Positions 1 to 10,226 are shown, counted from the first letter of the stretch. The stretch: 64,000 bases of DNA from Rhodobacteraceae bacterium UBA1943 (GCA_002336845.1 DDEX01000035.1:2474-66473), one strand, 5' to 3'. Notes: a model not told the origin generated them from the letters alone. Numbers and translations are program-made.

Positions 1-1
1 T

Positions 2-379
<378 letters not shown>

Positions 380-562
380 GGTCAGGACCGATTGATTGAG
401 GATCGGTGACATGATTCAGGAGTTGCCGGGAGACCCTTCTGATGAGCAATCTTTCCTGACGACCACGTCAGTGGGGTATGCCAGTATCGTTATCTCGGAC
501 GCCATCTGATGTGGGCAGCCAAATGGTTCGGCCCGAGACGGGAGACTGGGGCGTAGCAGAAG

Positions 563-2068
563 TTATTCAGGGGCTGCGAACTCCGCCCGATCCAGCGGCC
601 AGACTGGACGTCGCACACGGATGTAAGGGCGCAGATGCGCCTGAGGTGTGGCCAGTGCGCCGCTGTCGCAGACGATGACGCGGCCCGCTATCGGTTGGAA
701 CGCTGCGCGAAAATGCTGCATCGACTTGACCACCAGAAAGCGCAGCCGCGCCGGTTCGATTCCGAAGGCGCGGACCTGTTGCAGATCAAGCATCTGGCCT
801 GACAGTGTGACAACCAGAATATCGATACCGTTTACCCGGAAGACGGCAGTGGGGCCGAAGCTGTGCGTGATACCGCCCAGAATTGGTCCGTCGCCGGTAT
901 AGCTGCCGTCCGACAGATGTATGATCTTGCCCGTCAGTCGCAGCGGACCGCCGCCGAAGGCCGGATCATTCTTGCCACCGATGTCCAGCGTCAGCGTGTC
1001 TCCGACCCGGTGACGGCACAAGACGGCCGCAGCCTGGGGGTCGATCATGGGCGCAAAGGCACCGCCATCGGCCTTAGCATCCAGCAGTGCGGACAAAAGC
1101 GCCGTCGCATCGCCATAGGCCCCGGCGCCGGGGTTGTCGGCATAGTCGGCAATCACGAGGGGCCCCTGGCTTGCGTCGAAGTCGCGCGCCATCATGGCGG
1201 CGTCAACAGGGCTCAGGAAGTCATTGGACACTGTGCCACGCTGTTCCCAGATTGTCTGGGCAAGGCCCGCAGCAATCTGCCCGGCCCGCTGTTCGGCGCC
1301 CTCGTCACAGGTCACCAGAACCGTCGGCCCGGCCTCTTGAATATCGGCCTCGGCAAAGCCCGCATTGACCGATACGGCAAGAATGCCCGGCTCCTCCTCA
1401 TGGGCTGCAGCGCGGATGTAAAGCGCGGCGGTCTCCGGCACGTCGGTGCGCCCGGCGTTCGCCTCATCAAGCATTGGAAGATGGGCGCGCAGGGTGCGGG
1501 GGCGCACTCTGCCTTGCATCGTGGCGTCCAGAAGCCGTGCGGCATGGCGACCAGTGTCGCGCATGTCCACATGCGGATAGGTCTTGTAGCTGACAAAGAT
1601 CTGCGCCTGCTCCACCATCGCCGGGGTTGCCATGGCGTGCAGGTCCAGCGTGACCGCGATTGGCAGGTCGGGGCCAAGGATGGCGCGCAGGCGTGACAGC
1701 AGCTCGCCCTCGCCATCCTCGCAGAACGTGGGCACCATCGAGCCGTGCAGCGACAACAGAACGCCGTTCAGCGTATCCTTATGCGCTTGCGCCCCCGCGC
1801 AGATCAGCCCGGCTATATGGTCGAACGCCGCCCGCGCCACGCGCGCGCCCGGCGTGGCATGGGCGGAAACCGTATGCGTCATTCGCCAGCCTGCCGCCTC
1901 TCCCACGTCGAGAAAGCCCGCCAACTCCTCGTTCACACCGCGAAAGCGGTCCACCGCGACCTGCCCGATATCCAGCACATCGTCGCGAAAGTCCTGAAGG
2001 GTGGTTTCGCCCTTCTTGAACGTGTTGCTTTCATGGACAAAAACGCCGGTCAGAACGTGGAAGGGCAT
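563..2068 (-). CDS. M81 family metallopeptidase (MlrC / microcystinase C-like)
   Basis: Start trimmed to MPFHVLTGVFVHESNTFKK (the MlrC N-domain HE(S/T)NTF motif), 12 nt downstream of the preceding gene's stop. ~500 aa, the length typical of the family. Confidence 0.75.
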   Translation of the reverse strand: MPFHVLTGVFVHESNTFKKGETTLQDFRDDVLDIGQVAVDRFRGVNEELAGFLDVGEAAGWRMTHTVSAHATPGARVARAAFDHIAGLICAGAQAHKDTLNGVLLSLHGSMVPTFCEDGEGELLSRLRAILGPDLPIAVTLDLHAMATPAMVEQAQIFVSYKTYPHVDMRDTGRHAARLLDATMQGRVRPRTLRAHLPMLDEANAGRTDVPETAALYIRAAAHEEEPGILAVSVNAGFAEADIQEAGPTVLVTCDEGAEQRAGQIAAGLAQTIWEQRGTVSNDFLSPVDAAMMARDFDASQGPLVIADYADNPGAGAYGDATALLSALLDAKADGGAFAPMIDPQAAAVLCRHRVGDTLTLDIGGKNDPAFGGGPLRLTGKIIHLSDGSYTGDGPILGGITHSFGPTAVFRVNGIDILVVTLSGQMLDLQQVRAFGIEPARLRFLVVKSMQHFRAAFQPIAGRVIVCDSGALATPQAHLRPYIRVRRPVWPLDRAEFAAPE

Positions 2069-2079
2069 GGGTCGGTCTT

Positions 2080-3024
2080 TCAGATCGGGTGGAAACAGGC
2101 AACAGGATGGGCTTCGTCCGACAGCGCGGGGCGCGTGGTCCGGCACTGGTCGGTCGCGCGCGGGCAGCGTCCGGCAAAGGCGCAGCCGGGGGGCAGGTTG
2201 AAGGGGCTTGGCACCTCGCCCGCAACCGGAACGATGGCGCGCCGGGCGGCCGGATCGGGCACAAAGCCCGAGGCGATCAGCGCCTGCGTGTAGGGGTGGC
2301 GGGGCGTGGCAGTGGCAGCGGGCAGCACCTCGACCACGGCGCCCAGATACATCACCACGATCCGGTTGCAGAAATAGCGCACAAGGCCAAGGTCATGGCT
2401 GATGAACAGATAGGTCAGCCCCAGCCGGTCGCGCAAATCAGACAACAATGCGATGATCTGCGCCTGAATCGAAACATCGAGGCTGGCGGTCGGTTCGTCC
2501 AGAACGACGAAATCAGGCGCCAGCGCGAGGGCACGGGCAATTCCGACGCGCTGGCGTTGCCCGCCCGAGAGCTGATGGGGGTGGCTGGTTGCCATGGCTT
2601 CGGGCAGGCCAACGGCCCCCAGCATCTCGGCCACGCGTCCGGTCGGCAGCGGCTCGCCCTGCACGCGGTACGGTTCGGACAGAACGTCGGTCAGGGTGTA
2701 ACGCGGATCGAGGCTGGAATAGGGGTCCTGAAACACCATTGCCATGCGTCGCCGCATCCGGCGCAAGGCGGCGGGCGGCAGGCCGGTCAGATCAGTGCCG
2801 TCAAAGCGCACCGTGCCCGCAGTCGGCTCGATCAGGCGCAACACAAGGCGCGCGAGGGTGGACTTGCCGCAGCCGCTTTCACCGACGACGCCCACCACCT
2901 CACCCCGCCCGACAGACAGCGACACGTCGCGAACCGCCATCATCGCACGGGGTCTGGCAAACAGCCCTCCGCCCGACTGAAATCGTTTCGACAGAGCCTC
3001 TATAAGGATCAGCGGTTCGGTCAT
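2080..3024 (-). CDS. Peptide/nickel ABC transporter ATP-binding protein (DppF/OppF-like)
   Basis: Walker A GESGCGKST, signature LSGGQRQR, Walker B VVLDEPTASLD, and the C-terminal oligopeptide-type extension (NLPPGCAFAGRCP). Its ATG overlaps the stop of the upstream ATPase gene (ATGA at 3021-3024). Confidence 0.88.
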   Translation of the reverse strand: MTEPLILIEALSKRFQSGGGLFARPRAMMAVRDVSLSVGRGEVVGVVGESGCGKSTLARLVLRLIEPTAGTVRFDGTDLTGLPPAALRRMRRRMAMVFQDPYSSLDPRYTLTDVLSEPYRVQGEPLPTGRVAEMLGAVGLPEAMATSHPHQLSGGQRQRVGIARALALAPDFVVLDEPTASLDVSIQAQIIALLSDLRDRLGLTYLFISHDLGLVRYFCNRIVVMYLGAVVEVLPAATATPRHPYTQALIASGFVPDPAARRAIVPVAGEVPSPFNLPPGCAFAGRCPRATDQCRTTRPALSDEAHPVACFHPI

Positions 3025-3980
3025 GATGCCACTCCCGCATGATGACAGGCGACACCGCCCGCGCCAAAGGGGGCAAAGGAGGGTGCTGTCTCGCAGCAGA
3101 TCGCGCTTGCGTGTGGGCAACGCGGGTTGAATCGGCATCCGGATGGCATGGCCAGCGCGCTGGGCACGGCGCCGGGAATGCCGCGCAAGCTGCCCTTGGC
3201 CATCCCCTCTTGCGGAATGCAGCCGATCAGGGCGCGGGTATAGGGATGGGCAGGCGCGGCAAAGATCGGTCCGACCGGCCCCTCCTCTGCCAGTCGTCCG
3301 GCATATAGCACAGCCACCCGGTCGCAGATTTGGGCCACGACACCCATGTCATGCGTAATCAGCAACAGAGCCGCGCCGCGCTCGCGCACGATCTGGCCCA
3401 GAATCTGGATGATCTGCGCCTGCACCGTCACATCCAGCGCCGTCGTCGGCTCGTCGGCGATGATCAGGTCGGGGTCGCCTGCCAGCGCCATGGCAATGAC
3501 GATGCGCTGCTTCATCCCACCCGAGAGCTGATGCGGATAAGCCTCGGCCACCGCCGCCGGTTCGGGAATGCGCATTTGCGTCAACAGGTCCAGCGTGCGG
3601 GCGCGGGCCGCCTGCCACGACAGGCCCAGATGCAGGCGCGAGACGATATCGACCTGCGCCCCGATCCGCTGCACCGGGTCCAGCGCCGTCATCGGGTTTT
3701 GCGTCACAAAGCCGATGCGCCGTCCGCGTAGGGCACGGCGCTGTGCCTCGGTCATCGCAGCCATGTCCTGCCCGTCGAACCGCACCTGTCCGGTGGTGAT
3801 CCGCCCTCCGATCAGCGGCAGCAGGCCCATGGCAGCCAGCGCCGTCAGCGACTTGCCCGACCCGCTTTCGCCGACAAGACCCAAGATCTGCCCCCGCTCG
3901 ACCGACAGGCTTATCCCTTCAAGCAGGGCTACGGTGCCGATAGATACGCCGACACTCTCAAGCTGCAAAAGCGTACTCAT
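3021..3980 (-). CDS. Peptide/nickel ABC transporter ATP-binding protein (DppD/OppD-like)
   Basis: Start trimmed to MSTLLQLESVGV (ATGA overlap with the permease stop at 3977-3980). Walker A GESGSGKS, LSGGMKQR, IIADEPTTALD. Confidence 0.88.
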   Translation of the reverse strand: MSTLLQLESVGVSIGTVALLEGISLSVERGQILGLVGESGSGKSLTALAAMGLLPLIGGRITTGQVRFDGQDMAAMTEAQRRALRGRRIGFVTQNPMTALDPVQRIGAQVDIVSRLHLGLSWQAARARTLDLLTQMRIPEPAAVAEAYPHQLSGGMKQRIVIAMALAGDPDLIIADEPTTALDVTVQAQIIQILGQIVRERGAALLLITHDMGVVAQICDRVAVLYAGRLAEEGPVGPIFAAPAHPYTRALIGCIPQEGMAKGSLRGIPGAVPSALAMPSGCRFNPRCPHASAICCETAPSFAPFGAGGVACHHAGVAS

Positions 3981-4822
3981 GCCGCCCTCCGCAGTTTGGC
4001 GCGAATGTCCAGTGCCGCGATCAGCGCGTCGCCGTAAAGATTGATGGCGATGACGGTGATTGCCACAGTCAGGCCGGGAAAGATGATGATCCAGGGCGCC
4101 TTGAACACCAGCGCGGACCCCGCCGACATCATGCCACCCCAACTGGGGGTAGGAGGCTGCGCGCCAAGTCCGAAAAAGCCCAAGGTCGCCTCCAGTATGA
4201 TCGCATCGCCCGTCGCCAGCATGGCCGAAACCAGCACCGGGGCCAGTGCATTGGGCAAAAGGTGGCGCAGCAGGATATGCGCGTTGCCCGCCCCAAGGCT
4301 GCGCGCGGCCTCGATGAAGGTCTCTCCCTTCAGGGTCATAATTTGCGCGCGGGTCAGGCGCGTGAACTGCGCCAGATAGGCGACGGAAATGGCGATCATC
4401 GTGCCCGTGGTGCCGGGGCCGATGATGGCAACAAGGATCAGCGCGATCAGGATTTCGGGAAAGGACCAGGTCAGGTCCACCACCACAGTCACCGCCCGGT
4501 CGAACCAGCCGCCGAACCAGGCCGCCGCCGCGCCCAGCACCATGCCGCAGGCCACCGAAATGGCGATGGCCGTCGCACTGACCGAAAGCGAGGTGCGCGC
4601 GCCATAGATCAGCCGGGTCAGAAGGTCGCGGCCAAATTCGTCGGTGCCTAGCCAATGCGCGGCCGATGGCGCCTGATAGGCCTCGCGCAGCGCCTGCACG
4701 TCATAAGCATAGGGCGTCAGCAGTGGTGCCGCGACAGCGGCCAGCGCCACAAGCGCCAGCCACAAACCTGCCACCCCGCCCGAGGGGCGTCGCAGCGCAC
4801 GAATGGGGGCGGCGGCGCTCAT
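3977..4822 (-). CDS. Peptide ABC transporter permease (DppC-like)
   Basis: Multi-pass hydrophobic protein with the BPD-transporter EAA-like loop (IEAARSLGAGNAHILLRHLLPN). Overlaps neighbours by 4 nt on both sides. Confidence 0.85.
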   Translation of the reverse strand: MSAAAPIRALRRPSGGVAGLWLALVALAAVAAPLLTPYAYDVQALREAYQAPSAAHWLGTDEFGRDLLTRLIYGARTSLSVSATAIAISVACGMVLGAAAAWFGGWFDRAVTVVVDLTWSFPEILIALILVAIIGPGTTGTMIAISVAYLAQFTRLTRAQIMTLKGETFIEAARSLGAGNAHILLRHLLPNALAPVLVSAMLATGDAIILEATLGFFGLGAQPPTPSWGGMMSAGSALVFKAPWIIIFPGLTVAITVIAINLYGDALIAALDIRAKLRRAA

Positions 4823-5745
4823 GCCATCGCCGCCCGGACCCGCGGGTCCATCAGGGCCTGAAGGATGTCACCCAGCAGCGTGCCCAGCATCACCGCCATG
4901 GCCAGCATGAGCAGGCAGGCCTGAACCACCGGATAGTCATGCTGGCTAAGCGATTTGATCAGCAGCGTTCCCAAGCCGGGGCGGGCAAAAACCACCTCGA
5001 CTGTCACGGCACCACCCAGAATCCAGCCGATGCGCAGCGCAAGGATCGTCACCACCGGGATCAGGGCGTGGCGCAAAACATGCGCCAACTGAATACGCAG
5101 CGGCGAGAGGCCCTTGGCATGAAGCAGCATCACGAAATCGCGCGCCGAAGCCTCGATCATCGAAACGCGGGTGATGCGCGCCACCAGTGCCGTGCCGCCC
5201 AGGCCGATGGTCAGCACCGGCAGAACCAGCGAAGTCCATCCCCGCGCGCCGGAAATCGGAAACCACCCAAGGCCGACCGAAAACACCAGCATCAGGATCA
5301 GCCCCAGCCAGAAACTCGGCATGGTCGAGCCGGCCAGAACGCCACCCATGATCAACCTGTCTGGCCAGCGGTCACGGTTCAGGGCCGCAATCACCCCCAG
5401 CATCACGCCCATCGCCGAGGAAAACAGCAGCGCAAGACCGCCAAGCGCCAGCGAATGCGGCAGGGCTTGGGCGATCAAGTCAGCCACCGGGCGGCGGGCG
5501 ACAATCGCGGTGCCCAGATCGCCATGCAGAACCTTGCCCAGCCAGATGCCGTATTGCACCGGCAAGGGCCGGTCCAGCCCATAGCGCGCCTCCATCTCGG
5601 CGCGGGCCTGCGGCGACGATCCCACCTTCAGAAGGTTGTCGATGGGATCGCCGGGAATGAAGTGGAGGATCAGGAAGATCACCACAGAAACGGCCAGGAA
5701 AACCGGCACGAGCAAAAGGATCCGTCGGATCAGCCAGGATGTCAT
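4819..5745 (-). CDS. Peptide ABC transporter permease (DppB-like)
   Basis: Start trimmed to MTSWLIRRILLLVPVFL, the typical DppB N-terminus, and ends ..ALMDPRVR. Multi-pass membrane protein. Confidence 0.85.
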   Translation of the reverse strand: MTSWLIRRILLLVPVFLAVSVVIFLILHFIPGDPIDNLLKVGSSPQARAEMEARYGLDRPLPVQYGIWLGKVLHGDLGTAIVARRPVADLIAQALPHSLALGGLALLFSSAMGVMLGVIAALNRDRWPDRLIMGGVLAGSTMPSFWLGLILMLVFSVGLGWFPISGARGWTSLVLPVLTIGLGGTALVARITRVSMIEASARDFVMLLHAKGLSPLRIQLAHVLRHALIPVVTILALRIGWILGGAVTVEVVFARPGLGTLLIKSLSQHDYPVVQACLLMLAMAVMLGTLLGDILQALMDPRVRAAMA

Positions 5746-5770
5746 GCCGGTATTCCCCGTGTCGCTTCGG

Positions 5771-7348
5771 TTACTCCTTGACCTCCATGTCCATGATGGC
5801 GACAGGGCCGATGCCGGGGGCGTTGATGGTGTCCGGCAGGACCAGATGGTCGGCGTTATAGGCCACGGCATCGACGGGCTGATAGATCGGGGCCATCGGG
5901 AACTGCGTCAGCACATAGTCATGATAGGCGGTGAAGTTCGCCACCCGCTCTTCCATGTTCTTCGATCCGGTCATCGCCTTGGCGCGCAGCTCCTCGGCCT
6001 TGGGGTCGTTGAACATCGACACGTTCGGGTATCCCAGCCGGTCACCGCCGAAGAACCAGTCCACGATGTCGGCATTGTCCCAGTTGTAGGACCGCACGGC
6101 CAGTTGCTGTTCGCCCGTCTTGTATTGGTCGCGGATCATCGAGCTGTCGAAGGTGGTGATTTCCGCCTCGATCCCCACGGCCTTCAGCTGCGCCTGAACC
6201 ACTTCGGTCAGGCGGCGGAAGATGCTGTCGCTTTGGGTCCACAGGCTGACCTTCAGGGGCTGGCCATCCTTTTCGCGCACGCCGTTCGCGCCCATTTTCC
6301 AGCCCGCCTCGTCCAGCAGCGCATTGGCGCGCACCGGATCGTAGTGGATCTTGTCGGCATCCGGCACATGGCCTTCGGGCAGGGCAGAGATCAGGAAGGT
6401 ATCGGCGACCGAGCCGATGCCGCCAAACACCGAGGCGAGGATTTCTTCCTGATTGATTGCCTTGGCCGCCGCCTCGCGCACCTTGATGTCATCGAAGGGG
6501 GGCTTCGTGACGTTGATAGGCATGTAATAGACGTCCTGCCCCGGCATGGTCAGGACGGCAAGATTCGCCTCTTTCTTGACCTCGCCGATCAGGTCGGCGG
6601 GCACGCCCAGCAGCATATCGACCCCGCCGGTTTTCAGTTCCAGAAACGCGGTCGAATCCTCGGCGATCTCGCGGAAGGTGATCTTGGCGATTTTCGCCGG
6701 GCCGGTGTTCTTCGACAGGGGCGAGCCCCAGGTGTAATCGTCGTTCCGGGTCAGAACGGTTTCCTGCCCGATGGCAAAGCTTTCCAGCTTGAAGGGCCCG
6801 GTGCCGTAAACCTCGGTAACGCCGTAGTTGTCGCCCAGTTCCTTGTAGGACTTCGGTTCGATCACCGACATATAGCTGGAGGACAGGTTATAAAGCAGGT
6901 TCGGCTCGGGCCGCGACATGACGAATTTCACCGTCGCGTCATCAATCACCTGCACCTCGGCCACAGCCTCGGTCATGTAGGCATTCTCGCTGGCCTTGAA
7001 CAGTTCCAGCCATTCCTTGACGGTATTGGCGTTGAACGGCTCTCCGTTGTGGAACTTCACACCCTTCTTCAGGTGGAAGGTCCAGGCCATGCCATCGGGC
7101 GCCTCTTCCCAGCTTTCGGCCAGCCAGGGATGATACGACAGATCGGCGGCCTGGCTGACCAGCCGGTCAAAGATCAGTGTGGTCGCCTTGTTCAGATTGG
7201 TGGCCTTGATCGGGTTGTAGGTTGGCGCGCCCACCTCGGATGTGTTCAGGACGAACACCGCTTCTTGTGCCATCACGGCGGCACCGGCAAACAGCGCCGC
7301 CAGGCTGACCGAGGCGGAAAGCAGGGTCTTGCGGAAGGGGAAGGTCAT
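5771..7348 (-). CDS. ABC transporter substrate-binding protein, family 5 (peptide/nickel type)
   Basis: Signal peptide MTFPFRKTLLSASVSLAALFAGAAVMA. ~525 aa, the family-5 SBP length. First gene of the transporter operon. Confidence 0.85.
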   Translation of the reverse strand: MTFPFRKTLLSASVSLAALFAGAAVMAQEAVFVLNTSEVGAPTYNPIKATNLNKATTLIFDRLVSQAADLSYHPWLAESWEEAPDGMAWTFHLKKGVKFHNGEPFNANTVKEWLELFKASENAYMTEAVAEVQVIDDATVKFVMSRPEPNLLYNLSSSYMSVIEPKSYKELGDNYGVTEVYGTGPFKLESFAIGQETVLTRNDDYTWGSPLSKNTGPAKIAKITFREIAEDSTAFLELKTGGVDMLLGVPADLIGEVKKEANLAVLTMPGQDVYYMPINVTKPPFDDIKVREAAAKAINQEEILASVFGGIGSVADTFLISALPEGHVPDADKIHYDPVRANALLDEAGWKMGANGVREKDGQPLKVSLWTQSDSIFRRLTEVVQAQLKAVGIEAEITTFDSSMIRDQYKTGEQQLAVRSYNWDNADIVDWFFGGDRLGYPNVSMFNDPKAEELRAKAMTGSKNMEERVANFTAYHDYVLTQFPMAPIYQPVDAVAYNADHLVLPDTINAPGIGPVAIMDMEVKE

Positions 7349-7375
7349 GGCAGTCCTCTCTGTTGATCTTGTGGT

Positions 7376-8290
7376 TCAGGTCTTGCCCGGGTTGCGCCCC
7401 GGGACGGTATGTCCGATGAAATCGTCGTAAAGCGCCGAGACGCGGGCCATGCGGGCCTCGACCTCGGCGCCCAGCTCGCGGAAGACCCCGTTGACCAGAA
7501 GCCCTATCAACGAGGACATGGCCGCGGTGGTATCCCAGAAATGATTGAGGTCGGTGGGAACGGCGAACAGTTCGGTCACAACGCCGGGCGCCCAGTCACA
7601 ATAAGGATCTGTGATCAGCGTGACGGGAATCCCCTCATCCCGCGCCGCCAGTGCCAGATCGCGGGTCAGGCGCGAATAACGTCGCCCGTCGATCAGAACC
7701 AGTGTTGTCTCCTCGGCCTCGCCCAGCAGCACCTCGGCGAAATGCCCACCCGCCACATCGGCCAGATGCACCCCGCCCCGCAGATATTGCAGGTTGTGGA
7801 CCAGTTCGGCCGCATGACCACGCTCAGTCTGAAAGCCCGCGACCCAGACCGAACGGCGCCGGGCCAGACGCCCTACCGCCGCCTCGAAGGCCGGGGTCGC
7901 GGCAATTTCGTAAACCGTGACCATGGCCGCGATTTCACGCTCCAGCGCGTGTGAAAGCTCTGCATTGCCCTGACGGCTGCGCTGATGGAATTCCTTCAGC
8001 CGGTCGCCGATCAGCCAGGCCTTGTCGCCCAGATCAGCCTGAAGGCTGCCCTTCAGATCTTTCAGGTGACGATAGCCGATGGTGCGGCAGAACCGACCGA
8101 CCGAGGCTTCGGACAGCCCCACTTTCTGCGCCACGGTCGCTGCGGTTTCGAAGGGCAGGGACGACAGGTTCGACAACAGGTAATGCGCCAGTGCCCGCTC
8201 GGCCGGGGTGCCCGTATCCAGCGCTGCGGTCAGCCGGTCGCGCAGATCGCCACCCGTCTTGTCCGCACTCTGGTTTGCCGCATCATCCAC
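7376..8290 (-). CDS. MurR/RpiR family transcriptional regulator (HTH + SIS domain)
   Basis: N-terminal HTH_6-like region (LSNLSSLPFETAATVAQKVGLSEASVGRFCRTIGYRHLKDLK) followed by a SIS-like sugar-isomerase fold region. Confidence 0.8.
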   Translation of the reverse strand: MDDAANQSADKTGGDLRDRLTAALDTGTPAERALAHYLLSNLSSLPFETAATVAQKVGLSEASVGRFCRTIGYRHLKDLKGSLQADLGDKAWLIGDRLKEFHQRSRQGNAELSHALEREIAAMVTVYEIAATPAFEAAVGRLARRRSVWVAGFQTERGHAAELVHNLQYLRGGVHLADVAGGHFAEVLLGEAEETTLVLIDGRRYSRLTRDLALAARDEGIPVTLITDPYCDWAPGVVTELFAVPTDLNHFWDTTAAMSSLIGLLVNGVFRELGAEVEARMARVSALYDDFIGHTVPGRNPGKT

Positions 8291-8400
8291 CGGCCTTCTC
8301 CCCTTGTTACAAGAATTTGTGACAGCAAACTTTCATTCGGTCAACAATGCAAGTAAACTGTAATTCTTGCCGACCAACGATGCTCTTCAAGGAGACCCCC

Positions 8401-9519
8401 ATGACCAAGGCCCCCCTTCGCATCGACGGCGCCACGCTGCGGCTGGTGCGGTTGCCGCTGGTGACGCCCTTCACCATTGCAACCGGCACCTTGACCGAAA
8501 AGGTTTTCCCTTTGCTGACCTTGCGGGCGGAGGGGCTGGAAGGTCACGCCGAAGGGGTGATGGACCCGCTGCCAGATTATCTAGAGGAAACCGTGGCTGG
8601 TGCGATGGACCTTCTGGCCAACGTGCTTTTGCCGCAGGTTCTGGGGCACAGCTTTGCCAACCCCGAGGCGCTGGCGCGGGTGCTGGCGCCCTGGCGCGCC
8701 AATCACATGGCGAAGGCCACGGTGGAAATGGCGTTCTGGGATCTTTGGGCGAAATCGCTGGACCTGCCGTTGCAGACCGTGCTGGGCGGCGCGGGCGATG
8801 CGGTCGAGGTGGGCGTTTCGCTGGGTATCGGGCCGGTGGCCGAAACACTGGCCCGCGTGGCCGCGCATCTTGATCAGGGCTATCGCCGCATCAAGCTCAA
8901 GGTGAAACCGGGCCATGACATCGCCCTGTTGCAGGCGGTGCGGCGAGAGTTTCCCGGCGCCCATCTGACCGTGGATGCCAATTGCTGCTATACGCTGGCC
9001 GACAGTGACCTGATCGCCCGGATGGACGATTTCGCACTGGATTATATCGAGCAGCCGCTGGCCTGGGACGACATCCACGATCACGCCACCTTGCAGGCCC
9101 GCATCCGCACCCCGCTTTGTCTGGATGAATGTATCCGAACCGTCGAACACGCTCGCAAGGCGCTGCAATCCGATGCGGCGCGCGTGATCAACATCAAGGT
9201 CGGCCGGTCAGGTGGCCATGTCGCGGCGCGGCAGATCCATGATCTGTGTCAGGCGTTTCAGGTTCCGGTCTGGTGCGGCGGAATGCTGGAATCGGGTGTG
9301 GGCCGGGCGCACAACATCCACCTTTCCACCCTGCCGAACTTTACCAAGCCGGGCGACACGTCGTCGGCCAGCCGCTATTTCACCCGTGACATCATCGAGC
9401 AAAAACTGGAAACCAAGGGCGGCCTGATGCCCGTGCCCAAAGGCCCCGGCATCGGTGTGTCGCTGGACCTCGACTATCTGAAAACCGCCACCGTCTCGCA
9501 GAAAGAGTTCACGGCATGA
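8401..9519 (+). CDS. Enolase-superfamily enzyme, muconate-lactonizing subgroup (N-succinyl/N-acylamino-acid racemase, OSBS-like, or dipeptide epimerase)
   Basis: Start at ATG 8401 with SD AAGGAG upstream. KxK motif (RRIKLKVKPG), metal ligands in TVDANC / YIEQPL / LCLDEC, second catalytic Lys in INIKVGRSGG. Confidence 0.8.
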   Translation: MTKAPLRIDGATLRLVRLPLVTPFTIATGTLTEKVFPLLTLRAEGLEGHAEGVMDPLPDYLEETVAGAMDLLANVLLPQVLGHSFANPEALARVLAPWRANHMAKATVEMAFWDLWAKSLDLPLQTVLGGAGDAVEVGVSLGIGPVAETLARVAAHLDQGYRRIKLKVKPGHDIALLQAVRREFPGAHLTVDANCCYTLADSDLIARMDDFALDYIEQPLAWDDIHDHATLQARIRTPLCLDECIRTVEHARKALQSDAARVINIKVGRSGGHVAARQIHDLCQAFQVPVWCGGMLESGVGRAHNIHLSTLPNFTKPGDTSSASRYFTRDIIEQKLETKGGLMPVPKGPGIGVSLDLDYLKTATVSQKEFTA

Positions 9520-10226
9520 CCGAGGTAGAGTTTCGCGAGCTGGCAGGCATGGCCGAGTTTCGCGCGGTCGAAGCCCTTCAGCGTGAGGTCTGGGGCGAGG
9601 GCGACCTGCCCGACCCGGCCGATCTGATGATGGTGATTCAGGCCGAGGGTGGCCTTGTTGGCGGCGCCTTTGCCGAAGGGCGCCTGATGGGCTATGTCTT
9701 CGGCTTTCCGACGCGCGACCCCTTGGTGCAACATTCGCACCGGCTCGCCGTTCTTCCATCGGCGCGAGGCCTCGGCCTTGGCGTGCGGTTGAAGCATTTT
9801 CAGCGCGATTGGTGCCTGGCGCGCGGAATTGCCCATGTGCGCTGGACCTTCGACCCGTTGCGGGCGGTGAATGCGGCACTGAACCTCCACAGGTTGGGGG
9901 CGCAGACGAACACCTATCTGGAAGATTATTACGGCGACATGGGCGGGATAAATCAGGGCCTTGCCTCAGACAGGTTGCTGGTTGAATGGAATCTTGCCTC
10001 GCCACTGGTCGCGACATTGGCCACAGGGCGGCCGAGACAGTCACAAACGACACAAGCCCTACCTGTTCCTCTGCCTGACGATATCGACTTGGCGGATGGC
10101 GGGTTCGCCGAAACTGCAAGGGCGCTGCGGACGCGGTTGCGCGGGATGATGAAGACTGCCTTTGCCGACGGCCAGAGGATTGTCGATTTCGATCCGGCAA
10201 ACCGCGTCTATCTGCTGTCGCGTTGA
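9516..10226 (+). CDS. GNAT-like acyltransferase, translationally coupled to the racemase
   Basis: ATGA overlap with the upstream stop. Acyl-CoA binding motif-A-like HRLAVLPSARGLGLGVRLK. Size is consistent with a GNAT fold plus a C-terminal extension. Confidence 0.55.
   Translation: MTEVEFRELAGMAEFRAVEALQREVWGEGDLPDPADLMMVIQAEGGLVGGAFAEGRLMGYVFGFPTRDPLVQHSHRLAVLPSARGLGLGVRLKHFQRDWCLARGIAHVRWTFDPLRAVNAALNLHRLGAQTNTYLEDYYGDMGGINQGLASDRLLVEWNLASPLVATLATGRPRQSQTTQALPVPLPDDIDLADGGFAETARALRTRLRGMMKTAFADGQRIVDFDPANRVYLLSR

Noticed and set aside
380-562. Weak inverted repeat ACCGAT-N9-ATCGGT after the adhC-like stop, considered as a terminator.
   Set aside because: Only a 6-bp AT-containing stem with no U-tract; too weak to report as a feature.
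3021-4655. The 544-aa ORF suggesting a permease-ATPase fusion. Analogous long versions occur at 45256-46470, 48849-50342 and 52280-53452, with N-terminal extensions at 563-2146, 2080-3138, 4819-5871, 17305-17697, 20976-22649 and 28708-29850.
   Set aside because: The N-terminal extensions are out-of-frame read-through over the upstream gene or promoter, with Arg/Pro-rich nonsense. Each has an internal ATG that gives a canonical family N-terminus and a 1-8-nt overlap or short gap with the preceding stop, so the trimmed starts were used.
4666-7366. Plus-strand ORFs of 371 and 576 aa opposite the peptide ABC genes. Similar antisense ORFs lie at 863-1696, 2089-3042, 9208-10326, 11320-12600, 12471-13373, 18895-19926, 24275-25243, 25044-25862, 44025-45311, 45286-46257, 46205-47164, 54406-55839, 55974-57194 and 61986-63191.
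   Set aside because: All are antisense to genes with strong family signatures. They lack motifs and show the His/Arg/Gly/Asp-rich composition expected from reverse-complemented high-GC3 coding sequence.
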